Virus record (IMG/VR): IMGVR_UViG_3300046007_007030
From: a virus
Strand: one strand, 5' to 3'
Length of the DNA stretch: 64,000 nucleotides
The position numbers and the translations under genes were made by a program. Positions 19,765 through 29,266 of this stretch are shown here, in pieces. Position 1 is the stretch's first letter. The number at the start of each line of letters is the position of its first letter. The notes below the pieces were generated by a model. That model did not search any database. It was not told the origin of the DNA and was given only the letters and a program-made list of their open reading frames with translations.

Positions 19765-21575
19765 CAGCTCTTCCTAACACCGAGGACGTTGACTTTGACG
19801 TCCTCTATCTTTATCTCGAAGTAGTCGCTCTTGCCGAAGTCTACGTCGTTAGACTCCGGAGTCACGTATATCTTGATGGCGTCTCCGCTGTACTTCTGCA
19901 CTGAGAAGCTGGACAGCTTAATTAGGCCCCTAGTGTAGTCTACGGTGCCGACGTTACGCACCAGAGAGAAAGTCCTACCAGAGCTGACGGTGATGATTCG
20001 AACGCTTCCGTTGTTGTCATCTTGGAGGAGGCAGGGCTTACCATCGAAGATGAACTGCGAAGAAGTCACTACCGTGTCGTAGTTCGTGGGATGAACATTC
20101 AGTACCTTGGGTAGAGTGCGCTTCAGAGCGAAGGAGAAGTCCAGAGTATAGTTACCCGGGACGTTGATCTGAGGCTTGATGGTCTTATACAAGGAGAACT
20201 CAGCCTCTGTGCTGAGAATAGACGGGTGAGTCTCGTCCATCGCGGTCACTAGATTACTGAACCTGACCGTGGAGTTGAAGTCGTTATAGTTAGTGTTGGA
20301 GTACTCGAGAATAGTGTTAGTGACTCGAGTAGCGACGTCTGCCGTCGTCAGGTCGGTCCTGTTCTGATCATACCTAGTAGTGACGTCGAGCCTACCCCAA
20401 GTGAAGGTAGGATCTACGAATACAGGGTCGATGGTCATCGGCATCCTATTGCGCAGCCACTTCCTGTACTCTTCTTTCTTATAGTCAGGTATGCCGTCGA
20501 AGCCTATCAGATCGGTAGCTATGAATACTCTGCCGTACTGAGGAGGATCCAGTACCTCTCCGCCGTATACTGCTAGGGCGTTGATCTCAGAGAATTGCTT
20601 CTTCAGCATCAGCCTGTAGTCTTCTGGGGTGATGGCTCTCTCTTGAGTCTGATAGTGACGAGGAGCGTTGAATCTGACGTCGTCCAGCGACTCGTACACA
20701 GACCCGCCTGAGGCTCTCCTGACCTGTCCCTCGCTGTCGAACTGAGTAGTGATGGTGACGTCGCCGAAGGTGCCGATGTTCCTGTCGTTGCTGAACTCGA
20801 AGGCTCCATTCGGTAGCTCGCCATTACAGATCCTGTACTCGGCGTAGACGGTGGCGCCATTCTTCGGGCGCTTGCCTATGACTCCGTTGCCGAATACGAT
20901 CTCGTACTTGTCGTTCTCCGCGGCCTGTAGGAAGAATACCTCCGACTGTGAGTCTAGGTCCAAGAACGAGGTGGCCAGGCGATACGTCTTCGAAGAAGAC
21001 TCGTCAGACACTACCACGGTGAGTGAAGTGGTGTCGATCGTAGGATTAGACAGGACGAAGCGTTGACGCTCGATGGCGTAGTTGCTGTAGAAAGTGTCGA
21101 CCACGTAAGTGCCTTCGTAGATCTCCACGCCTCTGGCCGTAAATACCGTCTCTACCGGATCGGTGATGACGATGTTCTCGGCGGTCACGAACTGATAGGT
21201 CTTAGAGTTGACGCGAGTAGAGAAGGACTGATTCTTCGGTATGGTCACCGATGAAGTGCTACTGTCAGTCACTACTGAGATGTCGACGACTGCCTTGGCA
21301 GACCTGAAAGACCTCGGAAGGTAGTTCAGGTCCTTGGTATGAGAGACGATGGAGTTCCTGAGCTGCGCACTGTCCAAGAACATCTCTGAGAAGAGCATGT
21401 TGAGGTAGAACGCGTTGTGATAGGTGTTGTAGGCGAGGATGTCGTTCAACACACTCATGTTAGAGCCGTCGAAGCTGTAGTCTTTGAAGAGAGGCTGCTC
21501 CTTGGCGTAGTTCCTTAGAGTCTCTTTGTACTTATTGAAGTCGAGATCTACTAGATTGATTACGGTATTTGCCAT
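19764..21575 (-). CDS. gp6: Baseplate wedge subunit gp6
   Basis: FKDYSFDGSNMSVLNDILAYNT, FLDSAQLRNSIVSH, YEIVFGNGVIGK and QERAITPEDY motifs. Confidence 0.92.
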   Translation of the reverse strand: MANTVINLVDLDFNKYKETLRNYAKEQPLFKDYSFDGSNMSVLNDILAYNTYHNAFYLNMLFSEMFLDSAQLRNSIVSHTKDLNYLPRSFRSAKAVVDISVVTDSSTSSVTIPKNQSFSTRVNSKTYQFVTAENIVITDPVETVFTARGVEIYEGTYVVDTFYSNYAIERQRFVLSNPTIDTTSLTVVVSDESSSKTYRLATSFLDLDSQSEVFFLQAAENDKYEIVFGNGVIGKRPKNGATVYAEYRICNGELPNGAFEFSNDRNIGTFGDVTITTQFDSEGQVRRASGGSVYESLDDVRFNAPRHYQTQERAITPEDYRLMLKKQFSEINALAVYGGEVLDPPQYGRVFIATDLIGFDGIPDYKKEEYRKWLRNRMPMTIDPVFVDPTFTWGRLDVTTRYDQNRTDLTTADVATRVTNTILEYSNTNYNDFNSTVRFSNLVTAMDETHPSILSTEAEFSLYKTIKPQINVPGNYTLDFSFALKRTLPKVLNVHPTNYDTVVTSSQFIFDGKPCLLQDDNNGSVRIITVSSGRTFSLVRNVGTVDYTRGLIKLSSFSVQKYSGDAIKIYVTPESNDVDFGKSDYFEIKIEDVKVNVLGVRKS

Positions 21576-22009
21576 CAGCGCACTCTGGTCAGGAAGGTTA
21601 CGGGCAGCTCTTGTACTAACCCTGGACTATTTATCGTGGTATAGAAGATCGTTATGGTGACTTGGTTGTTGTCATAGTCTGGAATCACGGACAGGTCCTT
21701 CAGCACTACTCTCGGCTCGTGATTGTGAATCGCTATCTCAATGTTCTTCTTGAGCAAGAGCACTGTCTTCTCGTCGAAATGCTCGAAGAGAAGTCTTCTG
21801 ATATCGCCACCGAGAGTCGGCTGGAAAGGACGCTCTCCTAGGTCAGTCAACATGATGTTCTTCAGAGACTCGCGAATGGCGAAGTCGTTGATGTTCCTGT
21901 ATAAGTCTCCGGTGTTGGGATTCAAGTCGAAAGGCGAGACGAAGTCCGAGAACTTCTCTTGCAGCTTTGAGTTGACCGTATACCTGTCTGCCGTCCTGAT
22001 TATGGCCAT
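21575..22009 (-). CDS. gp25: Baseplate wedge subunit gp25
   Basis: AIRESLKNIMLTDLGERPFQPTLGG...LLFE...HEPRV (GPW/gp25 family). Confidence 0.92.
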   Translation of the reverse strand: MAIIRTADRYTVNSKLQEKFSDFVSPFDLNPNTGDLYRNINDFAIRESLKNIMLTDLGERPFQPTLGGDIRRLLFEHFDEKTVLLLKKNIEIAIHNHEPRVVLKDLSVIPDYDNNQVTITIFYTTINSPGLVQELPVTFLTRVR

Positions 22010-22012
22010 GTG

Positions 22013-23023
22013 TTACTTCTTCTCTTGGAGAGGCTTAGCATATTCACCCTTATCGATTCCACTCTTTATCTGGTCTTTGCTTAACTGGTCAGTCGAGAGC
22101 ACGCTACTCTTATTGCCAGCCTCGTTGAGCTGCACAGTAGAACCAGCGACGTACGTCGTAGCCTTAGAGCCGTAAGTAGCGCCGCTACCACCGATGACAC
22201 TGACCTGCCCCTTGGCCGACATGGAGTAGCTCTGACCGACAGTCGAGCTCTTATCTTGTGCTACGAACTCAGACAAGCCGCCCTCGGCCTCGATGAGGAT
22301 GTTACCCTTAGCCTTGATCTGCAAGTTGCCGTTGGTGGCTATGACTAGATTGCCTTCTGAGCCGAGAGTGTAGCTGCCGTCGACGGCCTCTTTCCTATCC
22401 TTGGCTGTGTAGGTGACGTAGTTGCCGTCTGCCTGCATCTCGGTGAAAGTTCCAGTAGGATGAACGCTGGCCTGGTAGGTCTCTCCACCGACGTCGTGGA
22501 GGATGTTTCTCATGCCAGACTCTGAGACGTTGACGTGAGTCTTTGGATATTTACCTTTGATCAGAGGAAAAGACGCAGGAGCGTCCTTCAGTATCAGCTT
22601 AGACATGTCTGTCTGAGGATCGTGCTTACCACCAGTGAGACCGTCTTTTAGACCACCGAGAGCCATCGAGGACTGACCGCCTGCAGAGGCGCCGACTATG
22701 TCCTTACCCGCATTGTTGTAGGGCATCGCACCCAGGACAGTCACGTCTTCGTGGTTGTCATGATTGACGAGTACCATGACGACGGCGTCTTTCGTCACAC
22801 TCAGACCACCCTGACCGCCTCCGCCTCCTTGATTAGGACCGACGCCCATCGCAGGTGACATGGTCTTGGCCAGTGGTAGCATGTTGGTGGGTGTCTGACC
22901 CTTGCTTCCGTGAATAGGAAGTCTGACCCTGATCCTGTTCAGCTGCTCCTTGTCGTCGTCTACTACCTCGACCGTACCGAACATGATCGAGGTCTCTTGA
23001 CCTTGTAGTTTGATGGAATCCAT
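22013..23023 (-). CDS. gp5: Baseplate hub/central spike gp5-like, without a lysozyme domain
   Basis: OB-fold N-terminus (GTVEVVDD...RIRVRL), YPKTHV.VSESG and HPTGTFTEM motifs, beta-helix repeats. Start reassigned to ATG 23023 (TAATG overlap with the upstream gene). Confidence 0.75.
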   Translation of the reverse strand: MDSIKLQGQETSIMFGTVEVVDDDKEQLNRIRVRLPIHGSKGQTPTNMLPLAKTMSPAMGVGPNQGGGGGQGGLSVTKDAVVMVLVNHDNHEDVTVLGAMPYNNAGKDIVGASAGGQSSMALGGLKDGLTGGKHDPQTDMSKLILKDAPASFPLIKGKYPKTHVNVSESGMRNILHDVGGETYQASVHPTGTFTEMQADGNYVTYTAKDRKEAVDGSYTLGSEGNLVIATNGNLQIKAKGNILIEAEGGLSEFVAQDKSSTVGQSYSMSAKGQVSVIGGSGATYGSKATTYVAGSTVQLNEAGNKSSVLSTDQLSKDQIKSGIDKGEYAKPLQEKK

Positions 23024-24165
23024 TATGAGATCTTTCCTACGCAGTGCAAGATGGTCCTGCCCGTATGACCTGGCGTCTCGCCTCTGCCACCTATCTCCAC
23101 ACTGTGCATCAGTGAGACTACTAGCCACTTACCGGAGGCGGCGTTATCAGGATTAGCGTCGCTGAAGTATGTCGCTGATCCGCTCTTCACTTCTATGACG
23201 TCACCTGCGTGTATGTCGGTAGCTATCGGTACTAAGAGCTGTAGCTTAGCCGTGTACTTATTTAAGTTCTGCTGGTCCCTGTCTATATGACGCTTCTCTT
23301 TGTCCTGCTCTGGACTATTGACTACTGGGAAGCCGACTTTTGCCGCTTGCTTAGAGTCTACGCCGAGACCTGGAGTAGACAGACCTCTAGAAGCCGCGTC
23401 GTTATTGGCGAACTTACCGAACTGAGGATTGAATCTCTGACCCTGAGCCTCGGTCTGCTTCTGAGTAGAGACTGAGCTGCCCTCATAGTGAATGTCGAAG
23501 ATAGTAGAAGCATCTCCCAGCGATCCCATGTCCGCAGACCCGGCTCCCTTGTACACGAACTGCTTCTTAGGACCTTGCTTAGATAAGTCGTCTATAGTCT
23601 TGAAGTAGGCACTGCCGCCGTCTTTATGAGTCTGATAGTAGAAGCCTTTCGACTGCGCGCCACTAAGTCCTCCGGCTTTCTCTATAGCCTTCATAGGCAT
23701 AAGAGACGGAGAAGTGAAAGAAGCTTGCTTGAATCCAGGACTAATCTCCAGCTTCTTTTTAGAACCTACTTCTTCATGGATCTCTTTGATGGCCTTGTCA
23801 GTGTTGGTCTTGTCCCAAGCCTTGGTGACTCTCTTACTAATGAAACACTTGCCATAGTCTTCGTCTATACATACTATCGAACCAGTGAGTCCCTTGGCAG
23901 TCTTGTGCAGAGATGGCTTGGCGCTATGAACTACGTGGCTCGCCGTCAGCGATGGTCCATTCTGAGGTTGAATGTTAATCTGTACCTGATTACCGGCCAG
24001 CGCTTCTTGCATCTCGTACCTCGAGTCGCGAGCCACTTCTATGGAGGATCGAACAAAAGAACTGTTTATGTCCTCTGCTACTATGATTCGACTGGCTAGC
24101 TGGACGACGTCTCTGCCGTTGACCGTAGCAGTGACGTTCTTCAGGACGTCTACTGGTTCAGACAT
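23023..24165 (-). CDS. Baseplate hub protein (gp27-like)
   Basis: Lies between gp53 and gp5; FYYQT...YFKTIDDL and AGDVIEV...SGKWLVVSLMH motifs. Confidence 0.6.
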   Translation of the reverse strand: MSEPVDVLKNVTATVNGRDVVQLASRIIVAEDINSSFVRSSIEVARDSRYEMQEALAGNQVQINIQPQNGPSLTASHVVHSAKPSLHKTAKGLTGSIVCIDEDYGKCFISKRVTKAWDKTNTDKAIKEIHEEVGSKKKLEISPGFKQASFTSPSLMPMKAIEKAGGLSGAQSKGFYYQTHKDGGSAYFKTIDDLSKQGPKKQFVYKGAGSADMGSLGDASTIFDIHYEGSSVSTQKQTEAQGQRFNPQFGKFANNDAASRGLSTPGLGVDSKQAAKVGFPVVNSPEQDKEKRHIDRDQQNLNKYTAKLQLLVPIATDIHAGDVIEVKSGSATYFSDANPDNAASGKWLVVSLMHSVEIGGRGETPGHTGRTILHCVGKIS

Positions 24166-25411
24166 TCTTTACAATGGCCTCTAAGTTATTGTCTAGCGTG
24201 TTTATCGCTACTCTATCTAAGACGAAGATCTCTTTTCTCTTCTCATTTTGTAATACTTCATACTCGTAGGCATTCACTGGTTTCCAGTATACGAGCTCTT
24301 CATTGGTCAGTCTGCTGTTAGAGAGCAGCGCGTTGGCAGTGACGTTGGTGTCGAGTCTAGTATGAGTCAGTACCACCACGTTGGCGTCATTCTTTCTGCC
24401 GATCAGATAGTTACCGACGTCTTGATATGCGCCTGCCGTCGAGTAGGTGAAGAAGGCGTTAGGAGTTGCCAGAGTAGCGTTAGAAGAGAAGATGACGTCT
24501 GAGAAGTCTACCTTCTGTACAGTGATCTTGGCGTGAGCCGGATTCATGAAGCTGTAGGTGCTGTTGGCCGCCGGGGCGCCAGTAGGTGCCGCAGACAATC
24601 TCACGTGAGTACCACTCACTATTGCTTCTATGTATGTGTTGGCCGGTATGTTAGTGCCACTCACCTTAGCCTTAGGCAGCAACTGAGAAGCGCTCTTCAC
24701 GGTGATGGTCGAGTTGCCGTTGGTAAACGTCACGTCATAGAAAGTACTGTTAGTGTACTTGTACGGGATGGTGTTGGCGTCGGTCGTAGTGTCTACCGAG
24801 ATGACGGTGCTCTCCACCGCGATGTCATTGAGGTAGTTGTACTGATAGACTCGCTCTCCCACCTCGAACGATCCTACTAGGCTATTAACGGAAGAGTTAG
24901 AGATGACCGTGATCTGATCGATTCGATTGTTGTCGGCAGTCCAGTCGAGCTCTCGCCTGAAGTAGTTGATGATCTCACCATTGTATCCAGCCTGCGACTC
25001 CCAGTACTTCTTATTAGACAGTGGGAGAGCATTGTATTGATCCACGGATAAGAGAGTAGTGTCGCTGGCCCAGTCGACTTCATAGTACAAGATCTGATCC
25101 TGGGCTTCTTCTACGCTGCCGTAGGTGTCGATTACGTATTGATCCAGAGTCTGCGATGTCTTCGGCCACTCTGAGTAGGGGTCTAGGATGCCGTTGACGA
25201 GGTAGATGGCCCATGCGTAATAAGGATCTTCATAGTAGAAGGCCGATATGCTATCTGCTCTCTCACCCTCCTTTATCGTGTAAGGAAGAAGCGCCAATCC
25301 CGTCTCTTGTAGATACTGAGTGAGCTTGGCGCGTACGCTTATGTCTCTGACGACGTAGTCATTGTAAGAGATAGCCGGAAATTTCTGGAAATAGTTTCTA
25401 CTCGTAGCCAT
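24158..25411 (-). CDS. gp53: Baseplate wedge protein gp53 with an internal insertion
   Basis: YFQKFP, YTIKEGERADSIS..YYEDPYYAWAIYLVNGILDPYSEWP and YEYEVLQNEKRKEI motifs. Confidence 0.85.
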   Translation of the reverse strand: MATSRNYFQKFPAISYNDYVVRDISVRAKLTQYLQETGLALLPYTIKEGERADSISAFYYEDPYYAWAIYLVNGILDPYSEWPKTSQTLDQYVIDTYGSVEEAQDQILYYEVDWASDTTLLSVDQYNALPLSNKKYWESQAGYNGEIINYFRRELDWTADNNRIDQITVISNSSVNSLVGSFEVGERVYQYNYLNDIAVESTVISVDTTTDANTIPYKYTNSTFYDVTFTNGNSTITVKSASQLLPKAKVSGTNIPANTYIEAIVSGTHVRLSAAPTGAPAANSTYSFMNPAHAKITVQKVDFSDVIFSSNATLATPNAFFTYSTAGAYQDVGNYLIGRKNDANVVVLTHTRLDTNVTANALLSNSRLTNEELVYWKPVNAYEYEVLQNEKRKEIFVLDRVAINTLDNNLEAIVKNV

Positions 25412-25412
25412 G

Positions 25413-26546
25413 TTAGAAGTCCGTGCTTAGCCATGCCACAGTCTCTGTGATCTTCATGTCGATCTGGACTGATACTGGATACTTGTCTTTATGGAATGCT
25501 GGACCACTCTCAGTGGTGTAGTTGACGGAGAAGGACTCTACGTACGCTGGCTTAAAGATGTACATCTGATCTTGATTGTAGAGAATGATATTGATCAGAT
25601 GCGGGTACTTGAATGCTAATCCTCCGTAATCCGAAGTAGGGTATATCTTAGACTTGATGAAGCGTATGATGTTATAGAGTATCTCTGACTCTTCTTTGGT
25701 AGACGGCACTAACTTCCAGGAAAACGCATGAGACTTCAAGCTAGGTTGAACGAACTTGAGAGTCTGGTGAGTATTGACCGCGAATCCTGATAGAGCTAGA
25801 CCTGCTTCGCCGACTGCTGATACGGCATTAAAAATACCTCCGAGAGCATCTCCAAACCTACCAAGTTTTTGGACTACATCACTTGCGCCGGCTAATCCTC
25901 CGATTAAGCCACCCAGAGCTTCTTTACCTTTCTCAGTTAGACTGAGAGGCTGATAGACGAGAGCGTTGACATCGGTTAGATTCATAGGAACTGGTAAGAA
26001 TACGTCTCCGGATCCTTTCCTACTGTAGCTACCCAATTGAATAGATGAGATAGTATCGAAGCTGGCGTATTCAAACTGCATGGCCATCCAGTACTTGCCG
26101 ATGTCTCGTGGGAACTGAAGTGATCCACTGCCGGCCTGATTCCTAGCCCTGACTTCTTCCACGCCTGGTCTCTGACTAGTCAACCTGCTAAAACTGCTGG
26201 CTTGACCGACCGCACTCAAGAAAGAGTCCGCCTGTCTATAAGCAGACGCAGCCGAGCCGGCTATCGCAGAGATAGAAGATCCAGCTAGTCCAGTAGCGCC
26301 TAGCGCACTGGTGAACGCCTGGACTGGAGAACCACTAGCGAAGCCTTGAACCAAGCTGGAAGCCTGATCGAATCCTTTTAGGGCGCTTTGAATGGTGCCA
26401 GAGAGCTGACCAAAGGCTCCTGGATTGAAGCCCTGGATGTTGGAGAGGGTCTGGACGACCGAGCTGATCTGTCCGAGGGGAATCATCGCCCCGACTTTTG
26501 AAGTGATCTGACTAGCCGTAGCGAGAGCATTAGCCGATGTGGCCAT
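25413..26546 (-). CDS. gp48: Baseplate tail-tube cap gp48-like
   Basis: FLPVP.NL.D, HAFSWKLVPSTKEES, FKYP and SVNYT motifs; lies next to gp53. Confidence 0.75.
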   Translation of the reverse strand: MATSANALATASQITSKVGAMIPLGQISSVVQTLSNIQGFNPGAFGQLSGTIQSALKGFDQASSLVQGFASGSPVQAFTSALGATGLAGSSISAIAGSAASAYRQADSFLSAVGQASSFSRLTSQRPGVEEVRARNQAGSGSLQFPRDIGKYWMAMQFEYASFDTISSIQLGSYSRKGSGDVFLPVPMNLTDVNALVYQPLSLTEKGKEALGGLIGGLAGASDVVQKLGRFGDALGGIFNAVSAVGEAGLALSGFAVNTHQTLKFVQPSLKSHAFSWKLVPSTKEESEILYNIIRFIKSKIYPTSDYGGLAFKYPHLINIILYNQDQMYIFKPAYVESFSVNYTTESGPAFHKDKYPVSVQIDMKITETVAWLSTDF

Positions 26547-26568
26547 AGAATTCTTTCCTTAGATATGC

Positions 26569-26583
26569 ATAAATAGTATTTAT
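26569..26583. promoter_or_regulatory. Back-to-back T4-type late promoters (ATAAATA-g-TATTTAT)
   Basis: Palindromic pair of TATAAATA-like boxes in the 38-bp gap between divergent gp48 and gp4. Confidence 0.7.
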
Positions 26584-26584
26584 C

Positions 26585-27016
26585 ATGAGCTCTAAAGGCC
26601 GATTCAAGCCCAAGAATCCAGAAAAGTACAAAGGAGACCCGACCAACATCATCTATAGGTCTGGTTGGGAGCTCAAACTCATGGGCTATTTAGACGTTCA
26701 CGGAGAAGTAGTCCAGTGGGCCTCAGAGGAGTTCTGTATTCCATATAGGTCTCCTGTAGATAATAGAATACACCGGTACTTTCCTGACTTCTGGGTAAAG
26801 AAGACGGACGGATCCATCTTAGTCATAGAAGTGAAGCCGGCCGTCCAAGCCGAACCGCCGAAGCAACCGAGTAGGATGACTCGAAGGTACGTGAACGAAG
26901 TCTTTGAGTATGGCAAGAATCAGGCCAAATGGAAGGCCGCGCGCGAGTTCTGTGAAGATCGCGGCTGGCTATTTATGGTAATGACAGAACGAGAACTCGG
27001 CATCAAGAGGATCTAA
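26585..27016 (+). CDS. gp4: Head completion nuclease gp4
   Basis: KGRFKPKNPEKYKGDPTNIIYRSGWE...HRYFPDF...IEVKP...NQAKWKAA. Confidence 0.92.
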   Translation: MSSKGRFKPKNPEKYKGDPTNIIYRSGWELKLMGYLDVHGEVVQWASEEFCIPYRSPVDNRIHRYFPDFWVKKTDGSILVIEVKPAVQAEPPKQPSRMTRRYVNEVFEYGKNQAKWKAAREFCEDRGWLFMVMTERELGIKRI

Positions 27017-27612
27017 TGGCAAACATATTCGATAAGATACTCGAGATCTCGCCCATAGAGGCGGGAAAAAAGTCGAAGTCGGCTCTGGAGTGGTTTCGTC
27101 AAAAAGCTAGCGGCAGTAAGATCAGCCCGAACACTCTGCTGACTGCAGGCGACTACAGACAGAACTTCGTACCATCGCCTCTTCCAGGCAGCATGTTCCT
27201 CTTTCAATACGACGCGAAGCACAAGGAGACGTTGCCTTACTGGGACATGTATCCTCTGATATTCCCCATACAGATGGACGCTACCGGATTCTTGGGCATC
27301 AATCTACACTACCTCCCACCGACTCTCAGAGCCAGTCTTTTCAGTAGCCTAGTCGGCTTCGGGTCTAAGAATGAGTTCGAAGACTTGAAGTTGTCTTACT
27401 CGATATTGACTAAATACTCTAGACTCAGTTACTTCAAGCCGTGCTTGAAGAGATACTTGTTTAGCCACGTCAAGTCGCCGTTCCTCTACATAGAACCAGA
27501 CGAGTGGCCGATAGCCATATTCTTGCCGCTGCAGAGATTCCAGGGAGCTGGCTCTGGTAAAGTATACGCCGACTCGAGAAAGATCATCGGAACAAAGAGA
27601 AAGTACAAGTAA
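27016..27612 (+). CDS. gp2: DNA end protector protein gp2
   Basis: YDAKHKETLPYWDMYPLI, FLGINLHYLPP and KPCLKRYL motifs. Confidence 0.92.
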   Translation: MANIFDKILEISPIEAGKKSKSALEWFRQKASGSKISPNTLLTAGDYRQNFVPSPLPGSMFLFQYDAKHKETLPYWDMYPLIFPIQMDATGFLGINLHYLPPTLRASLFSSLVGFGSKNEFEDLKLSYSILTKYSRLSYFKPCLKRYLFSHVKSPFLYIEPDEWPIAIFLPLQRFQGAGSGKVYADSRKIIGTKRKYK

Positions 27613-28364
27613 TGCCAGCCATCGGAAAAGGGTTTGACATAGACGAGTTTAGAGCTCTCATGGCCCGAAAGGGCATAGCCCGAAACAACCTATACAAACT
27701 GATCATCACTCCGCCGCCGGGTCTACTGAGCGCAGCTCGCGCCTTGAATATGCCGACGAGTGGAGAAGACCTAGAAGACATCACACTCTACTGCGACAGC
27801 GTCACCATGCCAGGCATATCTCTAGCGACAGTGGACTCTCGTCCATACGGATACGGACCTTCTGAGCTCAAGGCATACGCGCCGATATATCAGCCACTAG
27901 GCGCGACCTTCATAGTGGACGCCAAAGGATACACGCTCTCGTTCTTTCGCAACTGGATGAGAGGCATAGTGAACTATACTACTGAAGGTAGAGCAGTGTG
28001 GCGTTCCGCAGTAAACGAAGTCATGGCTTTTGAGGCCGGCTACAAGGCAGATTACGAGACTACCATGACTCTGTACGTAGTGGCTGGTCAGACTACTTCG
28101 TCATCTACTAACGAGTTGCAACTAGACATCGTCAATAAGACCGTCATCAATAGAGCTTTCCCCATAGAGATAGGTTCAGTGCAGCTCAGTTACAGCTACA
28201 ACGACCAGTACCTGTCGCTACCAGTGAGTTTCAGCTACTTCGATTGGTACAGCGACGTGCTAGATCAGTCTGGCTACCAGACCGGCACGCAACAAGCCGC
28301 CGGATCTTCTGGAGGCGCAATCAATACGCCGTTCAACTACAACGCGGCCCAAAATAGACGTTAA
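27612..28364 (+). CDS. gp54: Baseplate tail-tube initiator gp54-like (tail tube gp19 family)
   Basis: GIARNNLY, CDSVTMPG and AFPIEIGSVQLSY...LPVSFSY motifs. Confidence 0.75.
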   Translation: MPAIGKGFDIDEFRALMARKGIARNNLYKLIITPPPGLLSAARALNMPTSGEDLEDITLYCDSVTMPGISLATVDSRPYGYGPSELKAYAPIYQPLGATFIVDAKGYTLSFFRNWMRGIVNYTTEGRAVWRSAVNEVMAFEAGYKADYETTMTLYVVAGQTTSSSTNELQLDIVNKTVINRAFPIEIGSVQLSYSYNDQYLSLPVSFSYFDWYSDVLDQSGYQTGTQQAAGSSGGAINTPFNYNAAQNRR

Positions 28365-28379
28365 CATGGAGACTTAATT

Positions 28380-29090
28380 ATGCCACTTCCGAAACTACAG
28401 TATCCAATCTTTGAGTTGGAAGTACCATCGACGCAGAAGACCTATAAGTTCAGGCCTTTCTTAGTATCCGAGGAGAAGATCCTCCTCATGGCACAGCAGA
28501 GCGGAGACCTCAAAGAAATCATATTGGCTCTGAAGCAGGTCATCGCTAATTGCTGCCAGGATAAAGAATTCGAAGCCGATAAGATCGCAACATTCGACAT
28601 CGAGTACTTGTTCCTCAAGCTCAGGTCCAGGTCAGTCAGCAACATGGCAAAGATCTACCTCACTGACAACGAGGATGGCAAAGAATACAGCTTCGACGTG
28701 GATCTCGAGAATGTCGGGATGAAGAAGAATCCATTACACACTCCTAAGATCTCGCTGAATGACACTGTGAGTGTGGTGCTGAGGTATCCGACCACTCAGA
28801 TGCTGGATGCAATAGCAGTGATGCAGGTAGAGACGAAGGCATTCTTCGAAGTCATGAAGTACTGCATCGAGTTCGTCATAGACGGCGACACTATCACTAA
28901 GTTCAGTGACGCTACTGACGCAGAGCAAGACGAGTTCGTGCAGAGCATCGACATCGCCGGCTTCACGAAGATCACTAACTTCTTCGAGACAATGCCGAAG
29001 ATGTACTACGAGATCGACTACAAGAACTCTCTCGGGCACGACAGAAAGGCAGTGCTCAAGAATCTAAACGATTTTTTTATATTGGGCTGA
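28380..29090 (+). CDS. gp26: Baseplate hub assembly protein gp26
   Basis: MPLPKL..P, FRPFLVSEEKILLMA, FDIEYLFLKLRSRSV and FFETMPK motifs; ends LNDFFILG. Confidence 0.88.
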   Translation: MPLPKLQYPIFELEVPSTQKTYKFRPFLVSEEKILLMAQQSGDLKEIILALKQVIANCCQDKEFEADKIATFDIEYLFLKLRSRSVSNMAKIYLTDNEDGKEYSFDVDLENVGMKKNPLHTPKISLNDTVSVVLRYPTTQMLDAIAVMQVETKAFFEVMKYCIEFVIDGDTITKFSDATDAEQDEFVQSIDIAGFTKITNFFETMPKMYYEIDYKNSLGHDRKAVLKNLNDFFILG

Positions 29091-29266
29091 GTCACAACAA
29101 CCTCAAGAACTACTACGAAGTAGTGTTTGGCTTGGCGCATCATCATAAGTACTCGATCTCCGACATCGAGGCCTTGATTCCTTTCGAGAGGGACGTATAC
29201 GTAGACTTAGCAGTCGCGTACAAGAAGCAAGTAGAAGAAGAGATGAGAACCAGGAATGGCGGATAA
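29072..29266 (+). CDS. gp51: gp51-like baseplate hub assembly catalyst, in the -1 frame and without its own start codon
   Basis: The -1 frame reads ...GLSHNNLKNYYEVVFGLAHHHKYSISDIEALIPFERDVYVDL...RNGG*, carrying the HKYS..IE..IPFERD.YV signature. Missed by the ORF track. Confidence 0.75.
   Translation, partial: FFYIGLSHNNLKNYYEVVFGLAHHHKYSISDIEALIPFERDVYVDLAVAYKKQVEEEMRTRNGG

Noticed and set aside
37-25083. Numerous + strand ORFs in the track
   Set aside because: They are antisense shadows of long minus-strand structural genes, with no RBS or recognisable motifs.
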